This document shows, piece by piece, positions 1 to 8,367 of a DNA stretch of 64,000 bases. Position numbers and translations under genes: made by a program. Location: contig JANRKS010000022.1 of the NCBI GenBank assembly GCA_033763315.1, positions 1 to 64,000 on the forward strand. The letters are read 5' to 3'. Each line of letters begins with the position of its first letter. Position 1 is the first letter of the stretch. Below the pieces are notes generated by a model. The model saw only the letters and a program-made list of their open reading frames with translations, searched no databases and was not told where the DNA came from. The stretch comes from Deltaproteobacteria bacterium (lineage in GTDB: Bacteria > Myxococcota_A > Polyangia > Fen-1088).

Positions 1-990
1 CATGATTTGCAAGCGGCTCGACTACGGCTGCTTCGAGCTACCTCGCCCAACGTCTGCCGGACAGGCGCATGTCGTGGTCAGCGACGCGTTGTTTGCAGCC
101 ATCTTTGGCGGCAACGGGACGCGCCCAAACAAGCGCAAAAGTGCTTGGTGCCTGGCCGTGCAGTGGTGCCACGGGGATGACAGCAAGAAGAGCAAGCCAT
201 CCGGCCGGCGAAACTTGGCACAAAGTTCGTTGCCTCGCATCGAAGTCGAAATCGAGGATCCAAGGTTCGAGGGCAAGTGCCCTCGCAGCGGCTTCGATGT
301 CAGCTATCAGCTTTACCTTAAACGATCGTCGTATGCGGTGTTGGTGAAGAAGATTGCCAAATACACGGTTACCAATGAGCAAGGCACAGCTGAGCTGAGC
401 GCTGAACAGCCGAAGACGCTCTTTGATCGCGGGCTTCTACACACCAGCACGGTTGCCGACATCATCACGCGCAAATTCAGCCGCGGTGAACCTTTGGCGC
501 GTCAAGAGCAGCACTTCGTTGATGCCGATTCCGCAATCGACCGCGGCACGATGAGCCGGTATGTCGAACAAGCTGGCAACACGTTTGGCGCCACTGTGGT
601 GCACGCAATGTGGCAGGACGCATTGAAGAACGCAGGTGTCATTTCGACTGATGCAACCGGAGCAGCGATTCAGCCCGAGGCTGCAAGCTCCGCGAAGCAA
701 TCCTGCAAGAAAGGGCACTTTTTTTACAGCCGTGGTCGATGATTCTGCCGTGCTCTTTCACTATGTCCCTGAGCATACGAAGCAGGCGGTGAAGACCCTG
801 TTCGGCGAATTCCGCGGCTTCTTGCAAGCCGACGCTCACCACGTTTACGACGTGCTCGAAAAGCCGCCGCCTCGAATTGGCGACGAAGATCATGATGAGC
901 CTCGCGTGACGTTAGTGGGGTGTTGGGCGCACTTCGAGGCCGCGTTGTGCCGCCACGAGATCGGCGTGCAGGGGCTCATGCGCATTCAGG
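1..990 (+). pseudogene. Decayed IS66-family element (TnpB C-terminus plus frameshifted, truncated TnpC transposase)
   Basis: KRLDYGCFELP resembles the TnpB end; PLARQE, IDRGTMSRY, STDATG, FRGFLQADA and GCWAH are TnpC motifs; frame switches at a T7 run (719-725); sequence stops at the IS481 end (991). Confidence 0.85.
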
Positions 991-2207
991 TGTAATGACC
1001 ACGACTTGATCTGACAGTCACCCTAGCTGCGACTGTGTCTGTCAGTTCAAATGTTAAGCGGCTTGATCACCGATGGCTTTGGCTTTCCAGATCTTGATTC
1101 CATCGTCGAAGGTTTGCATTGGCGTCCGGCCGCAGCACATCTTGCCTTGATGGCTTCGTTGGACATTGTACTCAAAAAGCCACGCGTCCAAATCTTTTTG
1201 GATGTCGTCGAGCGCAGTGTAGAGCTTCTTGCGAAACGCGACCTGATAAAACTCTTGAAGAATCGTCCGGTGGAAGCGTTCGCAGATACCGTTTGTCTGC
1301 GGTGATTTCACCTTGGTTCTCGTGTGGTCAATGTCATTGATGGCCAGGTACAGCTGGTAAGGGTGTTCGTCGTGCCGGCCGCAGTACTCTGTGCCTCGGT
1401 CGGTGAGTATGCGTTGCAATGGCACGCCCTTGCCCTCGAACAGCGGCATCACCCGGTCATTGAGCAGGTCGGCAGCGGTCAATGGCGTCTTGCCCGTGTA
1501 CAGCTTCGCAACCGCCACCTTTGAATAGGTATCGACGAATGTTTGCTGATAGATGCGGCCAACGCCCTTGAGCGTTCCTACGTAGAAGGTGTCCTGGGAG
1601 CCCAGATATCCGGGGTGTTCCGTTTCGATTTCGCCAACGGCTTCATCGTCATCCTTCTTTCGTTCAAGTGCGATGACTTGGGCCTCCGTCAAGATGATGC
1701 CTTCTTTTGCAACCTTCTCTTCCAAGGCCTTGAGTCGCTGTTTGAAGGTTTGTAGATTGTGGCGAAGCCACACGCATCGAACGCCGGCCGCAGAGATGTG
1801 CTTGCCCTGTTTCAGAAGTTCGTTCGCGACTCGGACCTGACCAAGAGCCGGCTGCTCAACCGCCAAAGCCAAGATGGCTTCTTCCATGTCCTCAGAGACA
1901 CGGTTTTTGATATTGGGCTTTCGTCGCGTTCTTTCAACCAGGGCGTCAAGACCACCATCATGGGACAGGTCGCGGTATCGATAAAATGTGTCCCTCGAAA
2001 AGCCCATCACCTTGCAGGCCCTCGACACATTTCCCAGCTCTTCGGCCAGCTTCAAAAGTCCGATCTTGTTCTTTATGATTTTCTGATCTGTAGTCATCTT
2101 GGGGGTTACCTCTCTGGAGCAATTCCGCTCCGTGGCTGCGGTTAATCGTCACAGCCAGGGTAACCCCCTTTTTTGTTGAGGTGTCAGATCAAGTCGTAGC
2201 TATTACA
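991..2207 (-). mobile_element. IS481-family insertion sequence, 1217 bp
   Basis: TGT...ACA ends; 26-bp terminal inverted repeats, TGTAATGACCACGACTTGATCTGACA (991-1016) vs reverse complement of 2182-2207, 23/26 identical; single transposase inside. Confidence 0.93.
1054..2097 (-). CDS. IS481-family transposase (HTH plus rve integrase core)
   Basis: GNVSRACKVMGFSRDTFYR HTH; QDTFYVG, TDRGTEY and TNGICERFHRT DDE motifs. Confidence 0.95.
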   Translation of the reverse strand: MTTDQKIIKNKIGLLKLAEELGNVSRACKVMGFSRDTFYRYRDLSHDGGLDALVERTRRKPNIKNRVSEDMEEAILALAVEQPALGQVRVANELLKQGKHISAAGVRCVWLRHNLQTFKQRLKALEEKVAKEGIILTEAQVIALERKKDDDEAVGEIETEHPGYLGSQDTFYVGTLKGVGRIYQQTFVDTYSKVAVAKLYTGKTPLTAADLLNDRVMPLFEGKGVPLQRILTDRGTEYCGRHDEHPYQLYLAINDIDHTRTKVKSPQTNGICERFHRTILQEFYQVAFRKKLYTALDDIQKDLDAWLFEYNVQRSHQGKMCCGRTPMQTFDDGIKIWKAKAIGDQAA

Positions 2208-2214
2208 GCCCAGG

Positions 2215-2505
2215 CTATGCAGCTTTGATTATGGTGCAGAGCTGAAACAGCCGATTCCTCGCAGCAGCGAGCTCATCATTTGCTTTCGTAAGTACCTGAC
2301 CACCTTCGTACAGTACGAGGTCATTGTATGACCCCATTCCACCAAATAGTCGAAGCAGCTCTGACGCCGCATGCTTTATGTCGTTCTGAGCCTGATTTCC
2401 GAGGTTTTCTAGTACTCGCGCCCAAGTTACTTCTGAATGCGCCAAAAGCAATTTGATGTGGATACGCAGCTCATCGAGCAATTCATCGAGGTGAGTGTTG
2501 TTCAT
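2215..2505 (-). CDS. Putative Rhs immunity protein, 96 aa (GGMGSxND motif, DUF6966-like)
   Basis: ATG at 2505 overlaps the Rhs TGA (ATGA); LFGGMGSYNDLVL; visibly more AT-rich than the Rhs core. Confidence 0.75.
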   Translation of the reverse strand: MNNTHLDELLDELRIHIKLLLAHSEVTWARVLENLGNQAQNDIKHAASELLRLFGGMGSYNDLVLYEGGQVLTKANDELAAARNRLFQLCTIIKAA

Positions 2506-5500
2506 AATAGCGGTGATTGTCCAAGAACTTGTACGCCAGGGATGTTCCACGGCTGTTGAACGACTATCTGTTTCCCGCCACCAACAAAGTGGCCACCTTG
2601 GCTTCCGACTTCTCCAACATATACCTTCGTTCCGGCAGGAATTTTGACCGCAAAAGCGGAATCGATAGGCGATTTCCCCCCTCCCGGCCAAGACGGAAGC
2701 ACAGCCTTATCGATGCGAGTTTGGATAACTCCCTTGGGTGGAACAGTATCGAAGAACTGGCCCAACGGCTTTCCGTTCTCGCCCGCCCTATACAACACAG
2801 TGTCCTTTGAAAGAACGACCTCTTTGTACCGTCCTCCCGCAAAAGTTCCAGCTAGTGCCTCCGGAAGCGGTCCCGGATTCATCGCATCGTAGCTACCCGT
2901 TGTCTTACCTAGCTTGCAAGCGAGACCAAGCGGGTCGACCCATCGCAGGGTATCCTTCACGTACCCCATTTGGTTCCAGCCGCCGTCCAACCCGATCGGA
3001 TCCTGGCTCACATACTGCCCGCCCTCGGCGTCGTAGTACCTGAACCTATTGTAATAGAGCCCGACCTCCTCATCCTCGTACTGCCCCGGCCACCTAAACG
3101 GGCACGCGGCTTTCACGCCCTGCACGTCGCGCAGGTCGCCCCAAATCCCGATCTCCGCTTGCCACACCACACGGCCGAGTTCGTCCACCATGCTGGTGGG
3201 CACGCCCAGGTGATCGGCAACGATGCTGAACTTGTCTTCGCCAATAAGCTTCGCGAGCGGCGTGAAGCTTTCGGGCTCGAACAACCACGTGATCGGTTGT
3301 TCTGCCGTGCCTTCAGCGGCCGCTGCCAGATGATACGATTTGAGACTCTTCGATGATGGCGGCCCCTGCGCCGGCTGTTGCAGCAGCAACGCCGCTTGCC
3401 GCGCCTGCGCGCCACGATCTGCACCAGCACTATCGCCCGCCTCAGCCTCGCCGTCCTCCGCCACCACGTGCTCCACCCATTCGTGCAGTGGCACGTTGCC
3501 GTCCCACACCCAACGTGTGCGCTTGCCGCGCCACTGCTTCCACACGCGCCGGCCCAAGGCGTCGTAACCGAACTTCACCTGGCTGCCATCAGGCCGCACC
3601 ACGCACACCAAGCGACCGGCCCCGCTCCACGTGTACTTCCACTCCCCAGCGGGCGTTAGCTTGCGAACAAGGTTGCCCTCAGGATCATATTCATACTTCG
3701 TAACGCCATCGGGCCCTCGTGATTCAAGCAGCGCCCCACCCGGCCCATACTTACGATCGTCGCGCTCCCGTGAGCGAAACAGATTACCCACCGCGTCCGG
3801 CAGCCTGAATTGGCGAACCGCATTCTCGGCGGCGTCTTCAAACGTGGCGCTGACCAAGCTTCCTAAAGCATCGTGTTCAAACCTGATCGGCCCACTCAAT
3901 GAATCCAGGATCTGCTTTAACCGGTCATTGGGCTCCCAACGATACACGCGCGCCCGCACTTCTTGCCCATTCACCTCGATGCTTTGGCGCACCGGCCGCC
4001 CCAGGTTGTCGCGTTCCCAGCGCGCGCTCACACCGCCCGGCAAGTGGCGCGCGATCTCCATGCCCACGCTATCGCGATCAAACCGCGCTTCGTAGGCATT
4101 CGCCCCCGCACCATCCACGTGCGCGAACTCAAACGGCAGATCGCTGCCGCCGCGCTCCACGTGGGCCGACAAACCCAACACATCGCCCATACCGTTGCGG
4201 CGAATCTGATGGCTCAAGCCTTTCGATGACCGAATGCGTGTGCGAAATCCTGCCGGGCTGTACTCCGAGGCCACCCACTCATTCCCCTGCAGCTCTTTCG
4301 TCACGCGCCCAAGCACGTCGCGTTCAAACGCCACAACGGCATGGGCATTGGCTGCCTTCACCATCGCGCCGTCGACCCGGTACGCAAACTCTTCCTTGGT
4401 GCCGTCGCTGTGTTCAACCTCAAGGACGCGGCCGGCTTTGTCGTATTTGTACGCCGACGTTTCGCCCAGCGGCCGGATCACCTGTGTGACGCGACCCATG
4501 GGATCGCGCAGGTACGTGCGCTTGAGGCCATCAAAGCCCCACTCTTCTGTCACGAGGCCCGTGGGGCCAAGGACGAACTGATACACCTTTTGGTGCTCGT
4601 TCTGCACGCCCAACAAACGCTCTTCTTTGTCATACGCAAAACGTATCGTGGTGCCCGCTTCTTCGCGCTTGCGCAAGCGGTTCATGCCTTGATAAGTGAA
4701 GCGCACTTCGTGTTGAACGTCTTTGGCCCAAATGACGTTGCCTTCGGGATCGTAACTCAGCTGCCGCTCGTTGCCGTCGGGCTCCTTCAACAACACCAGG
4801 CGCCCCAGCGCATCGAACTGCCGGTGTTGCGTGTTGCCCTTCGCATCGGTGGCAGCAACGCAGCGGCCCCAAGCGTCGTGGTGCCAGCGGCTTTCGGTGC
4901 CATCGGGCGCGCGCAAAAGGATCAAGTTTCCGGCGGCGTCGTATTGCAGTTGGCTGCGCTGGCCCGTGGGATCCGTGACGGCCACAAGAAACGGGCCGCT
5001 CCACTCATACTGCTGCGTGCGCCCCAAGGGATCGCGCCGGCCCACCAGATGCCGCATCCCATCGTATGACCACTGCCACACGCCGCCCAGCGCATCCACC
5101 ACCTTGACCGGCAGCCCCTGGTCGTTGTGTTCAATGGCCAGCGTGGCGCCGTCGGGCCCCACGATCTGCGTGCAGTTCCCCTCGGCGTCGAAGGTCCATC
5201 GCGTGGCCGTGCCGTCGGGAGAGATCTCCGCGCTTTGTTGGCCGGTGTTTTCGTCGTACTCGTATTTTGTTTCGGCGCCCGTGGCGTCAACGATCGAGAC
5301 GATCTGGCCCGTCTCGTCTTGCTTATAAAGTGTGATCTCGCCTAACGAGTTCTCGACCAGCGTTGAATCATCGGTGTACGTGATGACGTGATCGTAAATT
5401 CCGTCGTCGCCCCAGGTGCGCACGCAACGCGCGGACTCATCGGTGCTGTCATAGACGAAATAAAACGAAAGCCCATTGCGGTTTGTTTCCTGCACCATCA

Positions 5501-6947
5501 GGTGGCATTGATACTCATACCGCCAGGTGCCGCCCAACGCGTCGGTGGCCACAATCAGATCGTCGTTGCCATCGTATTGATACGCAATCTGCGTCACGGG
5601 TGTGGCTTCAGGGGCCGTTTGCACGGCCACGCTCATCAAACGCGCGGCACGATCGTAGGCGAATATGATCCGACGTTGTGCTGAATCCAACACGCTCTCA
5701 AGCAAGCCCTGCGCGTTGTAGAAGAACCCGATGCCCGCGCCATCGCGCTGGCGCTTCGTTAGCGCCTTCCATTCGCTGCTGCCCGGCACACGGCCAAACG
5801 ACCAGATAAGGCCGTCGGGTGTCGCAAGCTCGAACTGGTGGGGGCCGATGCACGAGAGCGTGCTCCGCTCGATCGGGTGCCGCAGGCTCATCCCCGGCTG
5901 CAAAACGCGATCGGGCAGATGCCACGTTGAGAACTCGATCTCGCGGCCATCTTCGGAACGCAACACCATGGCACCACGTTCGGCCGTGAGCGCCACATCC
6001 AAATTGTGAAACCAGCCGTGGCCCAGCGGCCCCCGCCGTGATGACAACGAGGAATCGTAAACGCGTTCAAACGAAAGCGGCATCGGCCCGGGCAAAGCAA
6101 AGTCCACGTTGTCGGTGAACATGCGGCCTGTGGCGACGTCAACCGGGTGGCCTGTGGTGCGGCACACTTTGCGGTTCCACATCGAGCGCAAGCGGTTGCC
6201 CCGCTTGCCCATGCGCACTTGCAAGACGTTGCTGAGCTTCTTCCACCGCAAGCTGCGTTTTTGCCAACGCCGGAACTTTTTGAACAACTTGAATTTGAGC
6301 TTCGCCGCTAGCTTCTGCAGCTTGCCCTTCATCCAATCTTTCAGCTTTTGCGCGATCAGTTTGAGATCGGGCACCGGCGGGCGCATCACCAACACCAATG
6401 GCCCCTTCGGGATCGCCAGCACGGTTGAAACGGGTGCGCGCCCCGTAGGATCGAAGCAGCTCATGGCGATTTCGCCCAAACGCACCACCATCGCGCCGCC
6501 GAACGAAACGTTGAGGCCACCGAAAAGTAGCTCCGCATCGTCGCTGGGTGGCTTTTGGAAGGGGCCAGGCGCAGGAATGTGCTTCACCAGCGCTTTGACT
6601 TCGTCGCCCGTGTGCGTGGCCGGCAAATGGTTGACCTGAACCGCGGCCTTATCGATGTCGTGAAACTCGCCCAGGCTCTCAGATAGAAAGTCTTCCTCTA
6701 TCGCCAAGGCCTCCTCCTCGACGCCTCCACCCATGCCAACGGCTTGTTTCGCGGCCGCCTTTGCCAAGCGTTTGGGAGCCTCCTTCAGCAGCTTCTTGGC
6801 AATGGCGATCGGGTTGCCCGGCGGCTTCCAGATGAGGCCCACGAACGGAAACGGCAACGGCGTGGGCACGGGGCCACCGGGCGTCGGCACCAACACGATG
6901 TGGATGTCGAGGCCAATGACGGGATCGAAATGCGTTGAGACAAGCAC
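2502..6947 (-). CDS. rhs: PAAR-like/DUF6531/RHS-repeat polymorphic toxin with C-terminal toxin domain
   Basis: HFDPVIGLDIH...PTPLPFPF N-terminus; GHPVDVATG; many YD repeats; PFRWPGQYEDEEVGLYYNRFRYYD...DPIGL...WVDPLGL core end; GTG start directly after the upstream TAA, with AAGGAG RBS. Confidence 0.95.
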   Translation of the reverse strand: MLVSTHFDPVIGLDIHIVLVPTPGGPVPTPLPFPFVGLIWKPPGNPIAIAKKLLKEAPKRLAKAAAKQAVGMGGGVEEEALAIEEDFLSESLGEFHDIDKAAVQVNHLPATHTGDEVKALVKHIPAPGPFQKPPSDDAELLFGGLNVSFGGAMVVRLGEIAMSCFDPTGRAPVSTVLAIPKGPLVLVMRPPVPDLKLIAQKLKDWMKGKLQKLAAKLKFKLFKKFRRWQKRSLRWKKLSNVLQVRMGKRGNRLRSMWNRKVCRTTGHPVDVATGRMFTDNVDFALPGPMPLSFERVYDSSLSSRRGPLGHGWFHNLDVALTAERGAMVLRSEDGREIEFSTWHLPDRVLQPGMSLRHPIERSTLSCIGPHQFELATPDGLIWSFGRVPGSSEWKALTKRQRDGAGIGFFYNAQGLLESVLDSAQRRIIFAYDRAARLMSVAVQTAPEATPVTQIAYQYDGNDDLIVATDALGGTWRYEYQCHLMVQETNRNGLSFYFVYDSTDESARCVRTWGDDGIYDHVITYTDDSTLVENSLGEITLYKQDETGQIVSIVDATGAETKYEYDENTGQQSAEISPDGTATRWTFDAEGNCTQIVGPDGATLAIEHNDQGLPVKVVDALGGVWQWSYDGMRHLVGRRDPLGRTQQYEWSGPFLVAVTDPTGQRSQLQYDAAGNLILLRAPDGTESRWHHDAWGRCVAATDAKGNTQHRQFDALGRLVLLKEPDGNERQLSYDPEGNVIWAKDVQHEVRFTYQGMNRLRKREEAGTTIRFAYDKEERLLGVQNEHQKVYQFVLGPTGLVTEEWGFDGLKRTYLRDPMGRVTQVIRPLGETSAYKYDKAGRVLEVEHSDGTKEEFAYRVDGAMVKAANAHAVVAFERDVLGRVTKELQGNEWVASEYSPAGFRTRIRSSKGLSHQIRRNGMGDVLGLSAHVERGGSDLPFEFAHVDGAGANAYEARFDRDSVGMEIARHLPGGVSARWERDNLGRPVRQSIEVNGQEVRARVYRWEPNDRLKQILDSLSGPIRFEHDALGSLVSATFEDAAENAVRQFRLPDAVGNLFRSRERDDRKYGPGGALLESRGPDGVTKYEYDPEGNLVRKLTPAGEWKYTWSGAGRLVCVVRPDGSQVKFGYDALGRRVWKQWRGKRTRWVWDGNVPLHEWVEHVVAEDGEAEAGDSAGADRGAQARQAALLLQQPAQGPPSSKSLKSYHLAAAAEGTAEQPITWLFEPESFTPLAKLIGEDKFSIVADHLGVPTSMVDELGRVVWQAEIGIWGDLRDVQGVKAACPFRWPGQYEDEEVGLYYNRFRYYDAEGGQYVSQDPIGLDGGWNQMGYVKDTLRWVDPLGLACKLGKTTGSYDAMNPGPLPEALAGTFAGGRYKEVVLSKDTVLYRAGENGKPLGQFFDTVPPKGVIQTRIDKAVLPSWPGGGKSPIDSAFAVKIPAGTKVYVGEVGSQGGHFVGGGKQIVVQQPWNIPGVQVLGQSPLL

Positions 6948-8360
6948 TTACGCCGTCTCCTTTGCCGATGCGGCTTCGATGGCCGCGCTGAGAGCCGACC
7001 GGCGTTGAATCCAGTGGGTGGCCTCTGCGGTGGCGCCATGCTTTCGCAAAAGCTCGATCGCCTTGCCCGCCGTTTCCAGAATCGAACTGCCCGCCACATC
7101 TTCGGGCTTTGCTTGTTCGGCCGTCGCAAGCCCTTCATTCCACACCGCCAGCGCGCGGCGCACATCGTTCAAGTCGGCCAAGATCTGGCCACCCATGCCG
7201 AACGATTCAAGGGCCAGAGCCATGGCGCCGAACTTCACCCCGGCTCTTCCGCCTTCTGTGTAAGCCGCGGCGGCATCAAGCCGCCTGTCCAAGAGCGATA
7301 GCGCCCCGCCACGTGCCATGGCCGCCTGCACCGCGAGCGGGCCAAGTCCCGCCGCTTGCGCGCGTTGTTCAACATCCACGAACACTTCCAGGCCCATCTT
7401 CGGTTGGCCCGCCATCAGCGCGTAGCTGCCCAGCATCAAATCCAACGTTGCCGTTTCGGACACCATGCCCAAACGCAAGGTGGTTGTGCGGGCACGACGT
7501 TGGCTCTCAATGGCCTTCGCGAAATTCTTGTCACCGGCCGCCAGTGCCGCCTCCATCACTGCGATGCGAACGTCTTGCATCGCAACCGCATCGGCCATCG
7601 CGGGCGATACGTCCGCCGGGGCCAACGTGGCAGCGGCAGCAGAGCCTTCCGCTGGCTTCGCGGCGGCGTTCGGCCGCGGTGGTGGCGCCACCCGAGGGCC
7701 AACGCCCCCCGCAAATTGAATCGAGGGAGCCCCGATGGGAGCCGTTGCCATCGCCGCCACGGCGGCCTTCATACCCGCAGCGTCAGCCTGATCGTCGTTC
7801 AACACGCGCACCAACGCCGCGGCTTTGCCCGCAGCCACAACCACGGGCTCAAGACCTGAGGGCCCCACTGTGGCCACCACCCATCGACAGCTCGCAAGCG
7901 ACTTGTGCGCGACCATGGCAGCCACCTCCTGGGCCAGCCGGGGGGCGTCCTCAATGGCAATCGGAGCAAACACAATGAACAGCGCCGGAAAATGCGCCGA
8001 CAATTTCGCAGCCGCAAACTCGATCCGCTTCGCAAAGGATCCAATGTCGCCAGCGCCGGCGTCCGGCAAGGGCGCGAGCGCGGGGAGCTTCTCGCGCACA
8101 AACGCTTTGCTCAGGCTTTCCCATTCATCGTCGAACTCTTCGTGCCGCGCGTCCCAACACGCATCGCCAGCCATCCATGGCGATTCGAACATCGAGACCA
8201 CGGCCTGATCTTTCGTGAGCAAATCGAGCGTTTCAATCTGCTCAAGAACGGGCACGCGCAAAGCGTCCTCGGTTTCGATCACCAGCAACCGTTGCTCTGG
8301 TTGGTTGGCGAACGCAACAAGCTCATCATGCAACTTGCCTATGGCGGCGGCGCGACTCAT
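6948..8360 (-). CDS. Hypothetical protein with C-terminal TPR-like helices, between vgrG and rhs
   Basis: 470-aa ORF abutting rhs and 7 nt from the vgrG stop; Ala-rich helical repeats. Confidence 0.7.
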   Translation of the reverse strand: MSRAAAIGKLHDELVAFANQPEQRLLVIETEDALRVPVLEQIETLDLLTKDQAVVSMFESPWMAGDACWDARHEEFDDEWESLSKAFVREKLPALAPLPDAGAGDIGSFAKRIEFAAAKLSAHFPALFIVFAPIAIEDAPRLAQEVAAMVAHKSLASCRWVVATVGPSGLEPVVVAAGKAAALVRVLNDDQADAAGMKAAVAAMATAPIGAPSIQFAGGVGPRVAPPPRPNAAAKPAEGSAAAATLAPADVSPAMADAVAMQDVRIAVMEAALAAGDKNFAKAIESQRRARTTTLRLGMVSETATLDLMLGSYALMAGQPKMGLEVFVDVEQRAQAAGLGPLAVQAAMARGGALSLLDRRLDAAAAYTEGGRAGVKFGAMALALESFGMGGQILADLNDVRRALAVWNEGLATAEQAKPEDVAGSSILETAGKAIELLRKHGATAEATHWIQRRSALSAAIEAASAKETA

Positions 8361-8367
8361 AAAACCT

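Noticed and set aside
719-725. Programmed frameshift in IS66 tnpC
   Set aside because: IS66 TnpC is not known to need one here, and other lesions show the element is decayed
2506-2691. N-terminal extension of the immunity ORF, and similar extensions of vgrG, mreB, ppiD, Gfo, xylR, 18317 and 30935 ORFs
   Set aside because: They overlap neighbours or promoters; downstream starts have better RBS, coupling or family-typical N-termini
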